NCBI GenBank assembly: GCA_036229005.1
Contig: JAZAMN010000024.1
Coordinates: 192,001-256,000, forward strand
Direction: 5' to 3'
Origin: Myxococcota bacterium
Lineage (GTDB): Bacteria > Myxococcota_A > UBA796 > CAJQPC01
Length of the DNA stretch: 64,000 nt
Part shown: positions 1 through 9,008 of the stretch, piece by piece
Layout: every line of letters begins with the position of its first letter
Position numbering within the stretch: the first letter of the stretch is position 1
Translations under genes and position numbers: made by a program
The notes under the pieces: model-generated
Told to the model about the DNA's origin: nothing
The model's database searches: none
What the model saw: only the letters and a program-made list of their open reading frames with translations

Positions 1-2
1 TC

Positions 3-643
<641 letters not shown>

Positions 644-647
<4 letters not shown>

Positions 648-1651
648 AGCCCGTCGACCTGCGCTCGGACACCGTCACCAAGCCCACGCCCCAGATGCTG
701 GAGGCCATGTTCTCCGCCCAGGTGGGGGACGATGTCCTGGGCGACGACCCCTCGGTCATCGCGCTGGAGCGGGAGGCTGCGCGGCTTGCGGGTATGGAAG
801 CCGCTCTGTTCACACCGTCCGGGACGATGGCCAATCAGATCGCCATCCGATGCCACACCCAGCCCGGCGACGAGGTCATCATGGAGGAGGGGGCCCACCC
901 CTACCACTACGAGGCCGGCGCCGCGGCGGTGATCAGCGGGGTGCAGATCCGCCTGGTCAAGGGGCGCGCCGGGGTCCTGGATCCCGACACCCTGTTCGCC
1001 GCGGTGCGCCCGGAGAACGTGCACTTTGCGCCGGCCTCGCTGATCTGCGTGGAGAACACGGCCAACCGCGGGGGCGGCACGGTCTACCCCCAGGGCATCC
1101 TGGACGCCATCGGCCGGGGGGCCCGGGAGCGCGGCCTCAAGGCCCACATGGACGGCGCCCGGGTGTTCAACGCGGTGGTGGCCAGCGGCCAGCCCCTGAG
1201 CCGGGTGCTCCAGGAGTTCGACTCCGTGGCCTTCTGCCTGAGCAAGGGCCTGGGCGCGCCGGTGGGCAGCATCCTGGCGGGCTCCGCGGAGATGATCCAC
1301 ACCGCCCGGAGGGTGCGGAAGCTGCTGGGCGGTGGGATGCGCCAGGCGGGATACCTTGCGGCCGCCGGAAGCTACGCGCTGGAGCATCACGTGCTCCGCC
1401 TGGCCGACGATCACGAGCGCGCGCAGCGCCTGGCGCAGGGGCTCGCGGAGCTGGGCTTTGGGGTGAACGTCCCGGACACCAACATGGTGTACGTCGAGCT
1501 GCCGGACGCTCACGCGGCCCAGGCGCAACTGGAGGCCCTGGGGGTCCACTGCATCGCGATCCGGGACGACGCGATTCGCTTGGTGACGCACCTGGATGTG
1601 GACGATGCGGGGATCAGCCGGGCGCTCGAGGGCTTCGCTGGACTCCGGTGA
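644..1651 (+). CDS. ltaE: Low-specificity L-threonine aldolase (PLP-dependent)
   Basis: [62 protein letters not shown] overlap with gpmI stop. Confidence 0.93.
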
Positions 1652-1710
1652 GCTTGGGGATTCGCTGAGTTGAGGCGAGTGCGGAGTCACCCAGCCGCAC
1701 CTCGCCAGAG

Positions 1711-1740
1711 CAGAAGAGCCCCACCAGATGGCGGGGCTCC
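1711..1740 (-). terminator. Probable intrinsic terminator hairpin between convergent genes
   Basis: GAGCCCC...GGGGCTC stem (1716-1739) followed by TTCT on the minus strand, downstream of the 1776..3317 gene. Confidence 0.5.
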
Positions 1741-1775
1741 CAGTCACCCCGAGGGGTGAGCTACGCGGTGTCGCG

Positions 1776-3317
1776 TCAGTCGCAGTTGGCCTTCCCTGCG
1801 TAGGAGACCTTGACCACGTCGCCACCCTCGGGGATGTCCGAGGTGAACACCACGGTGTTGCTGGGCTCGTCGTAGTACCAGCCGCCGGTGCGCTCGACGT
1901 CGTTGACCAGGACCACGATGGTGGCCTCGACGGGGGTCGCCTGCAGCTCGTAGGTGTCCACGGAGACCGAGGCCTTGGCCAGGCTGCTCATGTAGGAGGA
2001 CCAGGAGCTCGCGCAGATGCTCAGGAACTCACCGCCGGTGGCGTTGACGGCGTCGTAGTAGCCGGTGCCAGGGTCGGCGGAGCCACAGCCGCTGGGGTAG
2101 TCACCCACGATGGCGGAGAGCTTGACGAGGCTGCTGCTGCCCTTGGCGGCCTGGATGCGGGAGACGTAGTTGCTCCAGCTCCCGCTGCTCTGCTCGGGCT
2201 CGTCGCTGACCATGATGACGTGCAGCAGGGCGCCGTCGCGCATGAAGCCGGCGTTGCAGCCCGTGACGGACTTCTCGGTGCCCAGGGCTGCCAGGGTCAG
2301 CAGGGACTCGGTGTAGGAGCTGCCGCTACCGGCCTTGGCCGCGGTGGCGAACTTGCTCTCGTAGCCCGAGGTGGTGGGCTTGAGGATGCCGGCGGTGTTG
2401 TTCTTGCAGCCGTCGTCCCCACCGATGACCATGACGTGCCAGTCGTTGGTGTAGGTGTCCAGGTTCTGGATGAAGTAGGAGAAGTTGTTGGCCAGGCGGG
2501 CCTGGTCGTCGTCCATCGAGCAGGAGTTGTCCACCAGGAACATGATGTCGGTGGGCGGATCGAAGGGGACGGTCCACTTCTCCTTGTACTCGGCGGTGTA
2601 GCGGCCCTCGCCCTCGGCGATGCCGGTGTGCACGCCCGCGGGGTCGTCGGCCTCGACCGTGAACTCGCCGGTGTAGGCGACCTCCTCCAGCGGGTCGAAC
2701 CAGATGCTGACCTCGGCGGACTCACCGGGGGCCAGGGTGAGGGGGAGGCTCAGGCCGTGATCCAGGCCGAAGTCGGAGGTGCCGAAGTCGTTGATCGCGG
2801 TGACCTGGAGGCTGTCGGTGCCGACGTTCTCAAGGGTGATGGGCACCTCTTGGTCGCAGCCGACGTAGGTCTTGCCGAAGTCGTAGGGGTTGGGGGAGAT
2901 CTGCAGCTCGGGGACAAGGCCGCCGCCCAGCAGATCGACGGTGGCCTTGGGCACCTGCGCGTCGTTGCTGGAGATGATGGCCAGGGTCTCCTGAGCGACC
3001 CCGTGGGGGGTGAAGTCGACCTCGATGGTCTCGGCGGCTCCCGCGGGCAGCACGAACTCGAGGCTCTCGTTCAGGATGGTGAAGCCGCCGGAGCCGGCGC
3101 CGAGGGTGATCCCGGAGACCTCCAGCTCACCGCCGCAGTCGTTGATCACATCGAAGCTCTTGGTGACGTGCTCGTCGCGGGCGAGCTCGCCGAAGTTCAG
3201 GACCTCGGGGGTCACCACGATGCAGGGATCGTTGGCTCCGTACCCGTCGTTGTCGGGGGTGAGCTCGTAGTCCTGGGCACAACCCAGGAGGCCCGCGAAG
3301 AGGGCGGCGGTAAACAT
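1776..3317 (-). CDS. Lipoprotein with two choice-of-anchor D / ASH Ig-like domains and a vWA-like domain
   Basis: Start MFTAALFAGLLGC after GGAGG; repeats LNFG..V..SF.V.N.C and YDFG..VG..Q.V.I.LENVG..L.V; DIMFLVDNSCSM MIDAS-like motif and VSDEPEQS. Confidence 0.72.
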   Translation of the reverse strand: MFTAALFAGLLGCAQDYELTPDNDGYGANDPCIVVTPEVLNFGELARDEHVTKSFDVINDCGGELEVSGITLGAGSGGFTILNESLEFVLPAGAAETIEVDFTPHGVAQETLAIISSNDAQVPKATVDLLGGGLVPELQISPNPYDFGKTYVGCDQEVPITLENVGTDSLQVTAINDFGTSDFGLDHGLSLPLTLAPGESAEVSIWFDPLEEVAYTGEFTVEADDPAGVHTGIAEGEGRYTAEYKEKWTVPFDPPTDIMFLVDNSCSMDDDQARLANNFSYFIQNLDTYTNDWHVMVIGGDDGCKNNTAGILKPTTSGYESKFATAAKAGSGSSYTESLLTLAALGTEKSVTGCNAGFMRDGALLHVIMVSDEPEQSSGSWSNYVSRIQAAKGSSSLVKLSAIVGDYPSGCGSADPGTGYYDAVNATGGEFLSICASSWSSYMSSLAKASVSVDTYELQATPVEATIVVLVNDVERTGGWYYDEPSNTVVFTSDIPEGGDVVKVSYAGKANCD

Positions 3318-3365
3318 CAAGGTGCCTCCGTGGCGCAGGGAGCGCCAGATTCGATCAGGTCCCAG

Positions 3366-3381
3366 AGCAAAATGCATGCCG
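3366..3381 (-). promoter_or_regulatory. Putative sigma54 (-24/-12) promoter for the 1776..3317 lipoprotein gene
   Basis: Minus strand CGGCATGCATTTTGCT: GG and GC separated by exactly 10 nt, with TTGC at -12, about 50 nt upstream of the start. Confidence 0.6.
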
Positions 3382-3475
3382 GACTGGATGTCAAGAACTC
3401 TGTACGCAGGATCCGCCGGTGGTGTGACGCATCTCCACAGTCGCCGGGAGTGTGCGACACACATGTCCCACAACG

Positions 3476-3508
3476 CAAGAGGGGTGAGGCATCGCTGCCC
3501 CACCCCTT
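3476..3508 (-). terminator. Probable mdh terminator
   Basis: Minus strand AGGGGTGGGGCA-GCGA-TGCCTCACCCCT-CTT hairpin just after the mdh stop. Confidence 0.55.
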
Positions 3509-3533
3509 CAGGAGTCGTAAAGGTGCCTGGGGC

Positions 3534-4514
3534 TCAGCCCAGCAGCTCCTTGACGGCCTCGCGCTCACCCAGGAGGTCGTCGGCGCTGGCCTTGATCTTC
3601 TCCTTGGCGAAGTCGCTGTGCTCGATGTCGGTGACGGGGGTGACCTTGCGGTCCTTCACCGTGCAGGGCACCGAGTAGACGATGTCCTTAGGCAGGCCGT
3701 AGTGGCTGCCGTCGCTGTAGAGGCCGATCGAGGCGGTCTCGCCCTCGGCGGTGCCGTGCCACAGGGTGGACATGTGGTCGATGGCGGCGGAGGCGGCGGA
3801 GGCGGCGGAGGAGGCGCCGCGGGCCTCGATGATGGCCTTGCCGCGGGTGGGCACGGTCTTCATGAAGTGCTCGTGGAACCAGCTCTCCTCGATCTGCTCG
3901 GTGACCAGCTTGCCGTTCGCCTTGGCGTGGAAGAAGTCGGGGAACATGGAGGGGGCGTGGTTGCCATAGATCGACATGTTGCTGATCTCGCCGGGGGTCA
4001 CGCCCAGCTTGGTGGCGAGCTGGCTCTTGCCGCGGTTCTCGTCCAGGCGGGTCATCGCGTGGATGCGGTCCTTGGGCAGGTCACCGGCGTTGTGCAGAGC
4101 GATCAGCGCGTTGGTGTTGGCGGGGTTGCCGACCACCAGGGCCTGCAGGTCGTCCGCGGCCTTCATCAGGGCCTTGCCCTGGCCGACGAAGATGGGGCCG
4201 TTGGCGGCGACGAGGTCTGCACGCACCATGCCGGGGCCGCGGGGGCGAGCGCCCACGAGGAAGGCGTGGTTGACGCCGTCGAAGGCGACGTTGGCGTCGT
4301 CGCTGATCTCGATGCCGTGGACCAGCGGGAAGGCGCCGTCCATGAGCTCCATGACCACACCCTCCAGGGCCTTCATGCCCGGGGTGATCTCGAGGAGCTG
4401 CAGGATGATGGGCTGGTCGGGGCCGTAGCAGGAGCCGCAGGCCAGACGGAAGAGCAGGGCGTAGCCGATGTTGCCGGCGGCGCCGGTCACTGCGACGCGG
4501 ATGGGCGCGTTCAT
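3534..4514 (-). CDS. mdh: Malate dehydrogenase (type 2 / cytosolic-like)
   Basis: [67 protein letters not shown]. Confidence 0.95.
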   Translation of the reverse strand: MNAPIRVAVTGAAGNIGYALLFRLACGSCYGPDQPIILQLLEITPGMKALEGVVMELMDGAFPLVHGIEISDDANVAFDGVNHAFLVGARPRGPGMVRADLVAANGPIFVGQGKALMKAADDLQALVVGNPANTNALIALHNAGDLPKDRIHAMTRLDENRGKSQLATKLGVTPGEISNMSIYGNHAPSMFPDFFHAKANGKLVTEQIEESWFHEHFMKTVPTRGKAIIEARGASSAASAASAAIDHMSTLWHGTAEGETASIGLYSDGSHYGLPKDIVYSVPCTVKDRKVTPVTDIEHSDFAKEKIKASADDLLGEREAVKELLG

Positions 4515-4604
4515 GGAGTCACTCCAGTTGGATGAAGGGCAGGTGTGGAGGCCTAACCAAGTGCGGGGGGCTTGACTGCCACAGGGCTGTTTCGATGCAG
4601 GGGC

Positions 4605-5273
4605 TCAGATCCCCAGGAACTGGATGGCCAATCCGCTGGCCAGGATGGCGCCGCCAGCGGCCAGGTTGCCGTAGCGCTCGACGCGCTTGATGGCGACGAG
4701 CTTGAGGCCCAGGAACCCGATGGTGGCCATGCCCAGCATGGTCCCGATGGTGGCCAGGGAGAAGAGCCCCGCGACCTGGGCGACCAGGGCCCAGTCCTGT
4801 TCGTAGGCGGGGGCCATGAGCACGGGGATCAGGGGCTCGCAGGGGCCCAGCACGAACACGATGAAGATGCCCCAGAAGCTCATGGAGGCGTCCGGGCCGT
4901 GGTCGTGACTGTGTCCGTCCTCGGGCTCCTTCCAGAGCTTGCGGGCGGCCCAGGCCATGTAGACCAGGCCGAAGGCGATCAGGCCCCAGGCCGCGAGGTT
5001 CCCGCGCACCCCCTCGATCCACTCGAGCTGGGTCAGGGCGGTGCCCAGGGCGATGCCGACGAAGCCCAGGCCGATGCTGCCCACGACGTGTCCGAGCCCG
5101 CAGGCTGCGGTGATGCGGAGCACCTTGGCCAGGGGCCACTTGCGGGCGCGGCCGAGCACGATGAAGGGCAGGTAGTGATCCACGCCGATGAAGGTGTGCA
5201 CCAGCGCCACGCTCAGGGCCGCGGCCAGCAGGGGGGCACGGGCGGGGTCTGCGAAGGCGGTCAGGGGGATCAC
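4605..5273 (-). CDS. Nickel permease-like membrane protein (UreH/SodT/NiCoT-like)
   Basis: HTFIGVDHY, GLGH, His-rich loop HSHDH, VLGPCE, about 6 TM helices; GTGA overlap with the sodX stop (alternative start 5285). Confidence 0.7.
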   Translation of the reverse strand: MIPLTAFADPARAPLLAAALSVALVHTFIGVDHYLPFIVLGRARKWPLAKVLRITAACGLGHVVGSIGLGFVGIALGTALTQLEWIEGVRGNLAAWGLIAFGLVYMAWAARKLWKEPEDGHSHDHGPDASMSFWGIFIVFVLGPCEPLIPVLMAPAYEQDWALVAQVAGLFSLATIGTMLGMATIGFLGLKLVAIKRVERYGNLAAGGAILASGLAIQFLGI

Positions 5274-5620
5274 AGGAAGGTACACACCACGCGCCCGCGG
5301 AGGCGCTCAAGGGGAAGGGGGCCGTAGTGACGGCTGTCGGTGCTCTGCGCGGGGTTGTCCCCCAGGAGCTCGACCCCGTGGGGATCGATTCGGGACACGC
5401 GCTTGATCACCAACAGGTCCTGGTGCGGATGCTGGGCCAGGACCAGATCCCCGGCGCGAGGGGCCGCGCGGGGGTCCACCAGCACGGTCTCGCCGGGCTG
5501 GAGGGTGGGCAGCATGCTGGGACCGGAGACCCGCACGCGGCGGAGTCGCCCCAGTGCCCAGAGCAGCAGGTGCCGACCCCGGGAGGACGGCACCGCTGGA
5601 GCTTGGGGTGTCTGACTCAC
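5270..5620 (-). CDS. sodX: Nickel-type SOD maturation protease (S26 family)
   Basis: RVSGPSMLPTL, GDLVLAQHP, IKRV, LGDNPAQSTDSRHYG; directly downstream of sodN. Confidence 0.92.
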   Translation of the reverse strand: MSQTPQAPAVPSSRGRHLLLWALGRLRRVRVSGPSMLPTLQPGETVLVDPRAAPRAGDLVLAQHPHQDLLVIKRVSRIDPHGVELLGDNPAQSTDSRHYGPLPLERLRGRVVCTFL

Positions 5621-5681
5621 GCGCCAAGCCAGCGCGTGGGGACAGACGCACGGTCGCCAGAGCGGCTCACCGTGGGGCGCC

Positions 5682-6155
5682 TCAGGAGGCGGTGTACCAG
5701 GCGATGTCGCGGTTCTTGGTCTTCCAGAACAGCTCGTGGATCTGCTGGACGTAGTTCATCACGTTCTGGGCGTGCTCCAGGGAGCACTCGACCTTGGCGT
5801 AGGAGAGCTCCTTGGTGGCCTTCCAGATCAGGTCGTGCAGCTCGGGGTGCGCCTCGAGGTGGGGGGGCTTGAAGTAGTCGGTCCACAGCACCAGGATCTC
5901 GTCCTTGGCGATGGTGGCCTGCTCCTCCTTGATGGCCACGTAGCGCGCGAAGGTGTTGTGGTACTTGACCACAGCGGCCTTGTCGGAGGGGTCCGGGACC
6001 TCGAGAGCCAGCAGCTTCTTGGTCATGGACAGCACGGCCTCGGCGGCGATGCGGGCGGAGGCGGGGTCGTAGACGCCGCAGGGGCCGTCGCAGTGTGCGT
6101 GGGCGGTGGTGGCGGGGAGGGCCTTGTCCAGGCCAGCGAGCAGACGCTTGATCAT
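5682..6155 (-). CDS. sodN: Nickel superoxide dismutase precursor
   Basis: Pro-peptide ending AHA followed by Ni-hook [19 protein letters not shown] and FWKTK motifs; GGAG upstream of ATG 6155. Confidence 0.96.
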   Translation of the reverse strand: MIKRLLAGLDKALPATTAHAHCDGPCGVYDPASARIAAEAVLSMTKKLLALEVPDPSDKAAVVKYHNTFARYVAIKEEQATIAKDEILVLWTDYFKPPHLEAHPELHDLIWKATKELSYAKVECSLEHAQNVMNYVQQIHELFWKTKNRDIAWYTAS

Positions 6156-6190
6156 GTGGGGTGCTCCAGTTGGGGCGGTTTGACTGCCAG

Positions 6191-6218
6191 AGCCTATCGG
6201 TAGAGTCGGACCTGTCAA
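6191..6218 (-). promoter_or_regulatory. Putative sigma70 promoter of the sodN operon
   Basis: Minus strand TTGACA-N16-TAGGCT. Confidence 0.5.
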
Positions 6219-6271
6219 GGCGGCCAGCCGCCGGGGTGGGACGGGTTAGGTCGCCCCTGCTGGAGGCTTGC

Positions 6272-7036
6272 ATGTTGAAGCTGGGTGAACTCGAGTTGTC
6301 CGAGCGGCTGATCCTGGGAACGGGCAAATACCCGAGCTTCTCGGTGATGCAGGCCTGCCACCAGGCGGGGCGCACCCAGCTCGTCACGCTGGCGATCCGG
6401 CGGGTGGATCTCAACGCCGGTCCTGCCGAATCCATCATGGGGTACATCGACCGCGCGCGCATCCACCTGCTGCCCAACACCGCGGGCTGCTACACGGCCG
6501 AAGAGGCCATCGTGACCGCGCGCCTGGCCCGCGAGCTGCTGGGAACGAGCCTGCTCAAGCTGGAGGTCATCGGCTGCCCCCGGACGCTCTTCCCCGACGC
6601 CGAGGGGACTCTGGAGGCCGCGCGCGTGTTGGTGGCGGAAGGCTTCACCGTGCTCCCCTACGTCCAGGCGGATCCTGTGCTGTGTCAGCGCCTGGAGGAC
6701 CTGGGCTGCGCGGCCGTGATGCCCCTGGCCGCCCCCATCGGCTCCGGGCTGGGCGTCCGCAACCCGGAGAACCTGCGCATCATCCGGGAGCTCGTCTCCT
6801 GTCCGATGATCGTCGACGCCGGGATCGGCACCGCGTCGGACGCCGCACAGGCCATGGAGCTCGGCGCGGACGCTGTCTTGATGAACACCGCGGTCGCGGC
6901 CGCGGACGACCCCGTCAAGATGGCCTCCGCCATGGCCCACGCCGTCGAGGCGGGCCGCCTGGCCTTCGAGGCGGGCCGCATGCCCCGCAAGCTCTACGCC
7001 TCCGCGAGCTCCCCCGAGACGGGGCTGATCCGCTGA
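6272..7036 (+). CDS. thiG: Thiazole synthase
   Basis: [69 protein letters not shown] before ATG 6272. Confidence 0.96.
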   Translation: MLKLGELELSERLILGTGKYPSFSVMQACHQAGRTQLVTLAIRRVDLNAGPAESIMGYIDRARIHLLPNTAGCYTAEEAIVTARLARELLGTSLLKLEVIGCPRTLFPDAEGTLEAARVLVAEGFTVLPYVQADPVLCQRLEDLGCAAVMPLAAPIGSGLGVRNPENLRIIRELVSCPMIVDAGIGTASDAAQAMELGADAVLMNTAVAAADDPVKMASAMAHAVEAGRLAFEAGRMPRKLYASASSPETGLIR

Positions 7037-7638
7037 GCGCCCCCCGCCTGCTGGTCCTCACCCCGGGGACGCTTCGGGGGGAAGAGGAGGAGCTGCAGGT
7101 CCTGCTCCGGGTGCTGGGATCCACCGCTGCACACCTGCTCTTTCGGGAGCCCTCGCTGGATCCGGGCACCAGCGAGGACTGGCTGAGGCGCCTTGGGGTC
7201 GCAGGCGTTCGTCCCATCGTGCACGAGCGCTGCCCGGATGGGGAGTCGCTGGCCGAGCGGCTGGGGCTCCCGCTTCACCAACGCGCCAGCAGCTCCCGGG
7301 CGCCGGATACAGAACGCGTGACCTCGTTCTCGCGGAGCTGTCACAGTGTGGAGGAGTGCCAGGATGCGCAGCGGTGTGGGGCGGCGTTCGTGCTGCTATC
7401 GCCTGTCTTCCCCCCCTCCTCCAAGCCCCTGGACAGACGCCAGACGCTGGGGATCTCGGGGCTGGTCGCTGCGCAGGACGCGCTGGAGATTCCGGTGCTG
7501 GGCCTGGGGGGCATCACGCCGGAGCGGGCCTCCCGGATCCGCGCAGCGGGTGGGTTCGGGGTCGCGGTTCTGGGGGGAGTCTGGGCCGAACCTGCTCCCA
7601 AGGTGCGACTTCTTGACCTGTTGAAGGCCACGGGCTGA
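7033..7638 (+). CDS. Thiamine-phosphate synthase / TenI family protein (start probably CTG, uncertain)
   Basis: [37 protein letters not shown] motifs; follows thiG with a CTGA overlap. Confidence 0.75.
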   Translation: MSAPRLLVLTPGTLRGEEEELQVLLRVLGSTAAHLLFREPSLDPGTSEDWLRRLGVAGVRPIVHERCPDGESLAERLGLPLHQRASSSRAPDTERVTSFSRSCHSVEECQDAQRCGAAFVLLSPVFPPSSKPLDRRQTLGISGLVAAQDALEIPVLGLGGITPERASRIRAAGGFGVAVLGGVWAEPAPKVRLLDLLKATG

Positions 7639-7671
7639 GCGCTTAGATCAGGGGGCTTCTGGAGAAAGCCC

Positions 7672-8727
7672 ATGACCTTCCTTTTGATGATTGCCTGCTC
7701 TGGGGCCCCCGAGCCCGAGACCCCCGTTGAACCCGCAGAGGCCGAGCCGCAGGTCGACCCGCTGGCCAAGGAGCTGCTGCCCAAGGCCCAGGGCTCCTTC
7801 AAGGCGCTGCCCGAGCGCATGGACGGCGAGACCCCCGCGACCCAGGCGCAGATCGACCTGGGGCGGCAGCTCTACTACGACGCCCGACTGTCCAAGAACC
7901 AGGACGTGAGCTGCAACAGCTGCCACCAGCTTGACGGCTACGGCGTCGACGGTGAGCCCACCAGCCCTGGCCACAAGGGCCAGCGCGGCGACCGCAACTC
8001 GCCCACCAGCTTCAACGCGGCCGTGCACATCGCTCAGTTCTGGGACGGGCGCGCGGCGACGGTGGAAGAGCAGGCCAAGGGCCCCGTGCTCAACCCCGTC
8101 GAGATGGCCATGCCGGACGAGGCCTCCGTGGTCGCGGTGCTCAAGAGCATCCCCGAGTACGAGACCGCGTTCAAGGCCGCCTTCCCCGACGCGGAAGACC
8201 CCATCACCTACGACAACATGGCCGCTGCCATCGGCGCCTTCGAGCGGGGACTGGTGACCCCGGCGCCCATCGATGCCTACCTGGGCGGGGACCTGGCCGC
8301 GCTGAGCACCGAGGAGCTCAAGGGCATGCAGACCTTCCTGGAGGTGGGCTGCCAGACCTGCCACATGGGCGTGGCCATCGGCGGCACCCAGTACCGGAAG
8401 CTCGGCGAGCGCGTGCCCTTCGAGACCGAGGACAAGGGCCTGGGCGCGCTCAAGGGCGACCCCAACCAGGACTTCATGTTCAAGGTGCCCAGCCTGCGGA
8501 ACATCGAGAAGACCGGCCCGTACTTCCACGACGGCAGCGTCGCGACCTTGAGCGAGGCGGTCACCCTGATGGGCAAGCACCAGCTTGACGTGGAGCTCAG
8601 CGAGCAGCAGGTCAGCGAAATCACGACCTTCCTGGGCGCACTCACCGGCTCCGTGGACGCCGAGTACTGCAAGCAGCCCGAGGCCTTCGCCAGCGGCGAG
8701 AAGACCCCGGCGCCCGACCCGAGCTGA
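7672..8727 (+). CDS. Di-heme cytochrome c peroxidase (CcpA/MauG family), lipoprotein
   Basis: [63 protein letters not shown]-terminus MTFLLMIAC. Confidence 0.93.
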   Translation: MTFLLMIACSGAPEPETPVEPAEAEPQVDPLAKELLPKAQGSFKALPERMDGETPATQAQIDLGRQLYYDARLSKNQDVSCNSCHQLDGYGVDGEPTSPGHKGQRGDRNSPTSFNAAVHIAQFWDGRAATVEEQAKGPVLNPVEMAMPDEASVVAVLKSIPEYETAFKAAFPDAEDPITYDNMAAAIGAFERGLVTPAPIDAYLGGDLAALSTEELKGMQTFLEVGCQTCHMGVAIGGTQYRKLGERVPFETEDKGLGALKGDPNQDFMFKVPSLRNIEKTGPYFHDGSVATLSEAVTLMGKHQLDVELSEQQVSEITTFLGALTGSVDAEYCKQPEAFASGEKTPAPDPS

Positions 8728-8750
8728 TCCTGCAGAAGGCTCAGCATCCA

Positions 8751-8784
8751 GCGCCGCGCTCGGGAGACCGGGGGCGGCGTTTTT
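8751..8784 (+). terminator. Rho-independent terminator of the peroxidase gene
   Basis: CGCCGC-GCTCGG-GAGA-CCGGGG-GCGGCG hairpin followed by TTTTT. Confidence 0.75.
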
Positions 8785-8820
8785 GCGTCCGGACGCTGGT
8801 GGCAGACCGGGCCAAGGGCG

Positions 8821-9001
8821 GTGAGTGGGCGCTTTTCTTGAGCTAGGGCCCGTGAGTGCGCGCTTTTCTTGAGCTACGGCCCGTGAGTGCGCGCTCAGCG
8901 ACCGACAGGCGCGCACTGAGCCCCCGTAGCTCCGCGAAAGCGCGCACTGAGCCCCCGTAGCTCCGCCAGAGCGCGCACCGAGCCCCCGTAGCTCCCCCAA
9001 A
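8821..9001. repeat. Two head-to-head arrays of 31-bp tandem repeats forming an imperfect palindrome
   Basis: Left arm about 2.5x GTGAGTGCGCGCTTTTCTTGAGCTACGGCCC; right arm 3x GCGCGCACTGAGCCCCCGTAGCTCCGCGAAA-like; the arms share AGTGCGCGC and GAGCTACGG in inverted orientation. Confidence 0.9.
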
Positions 9002-9008
9002 GCGGCCC

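Noticed and set aside
1652..1775. ncRNA in the ltaE downstream gap (three small hairpins)
   Set aside because: Adequately explained as terminator or stabilising stems between convergent genes.
6156..6271. TPP riboswitch upstream of thiG
   Set aside because: The conserved CTGAGA and related TPP aptamer motifs are absent.
8821..9001. CRISPR array
   Set aside because: The units are contiguous with no unique spacers, the arms are inverted, and there are no cas genes.
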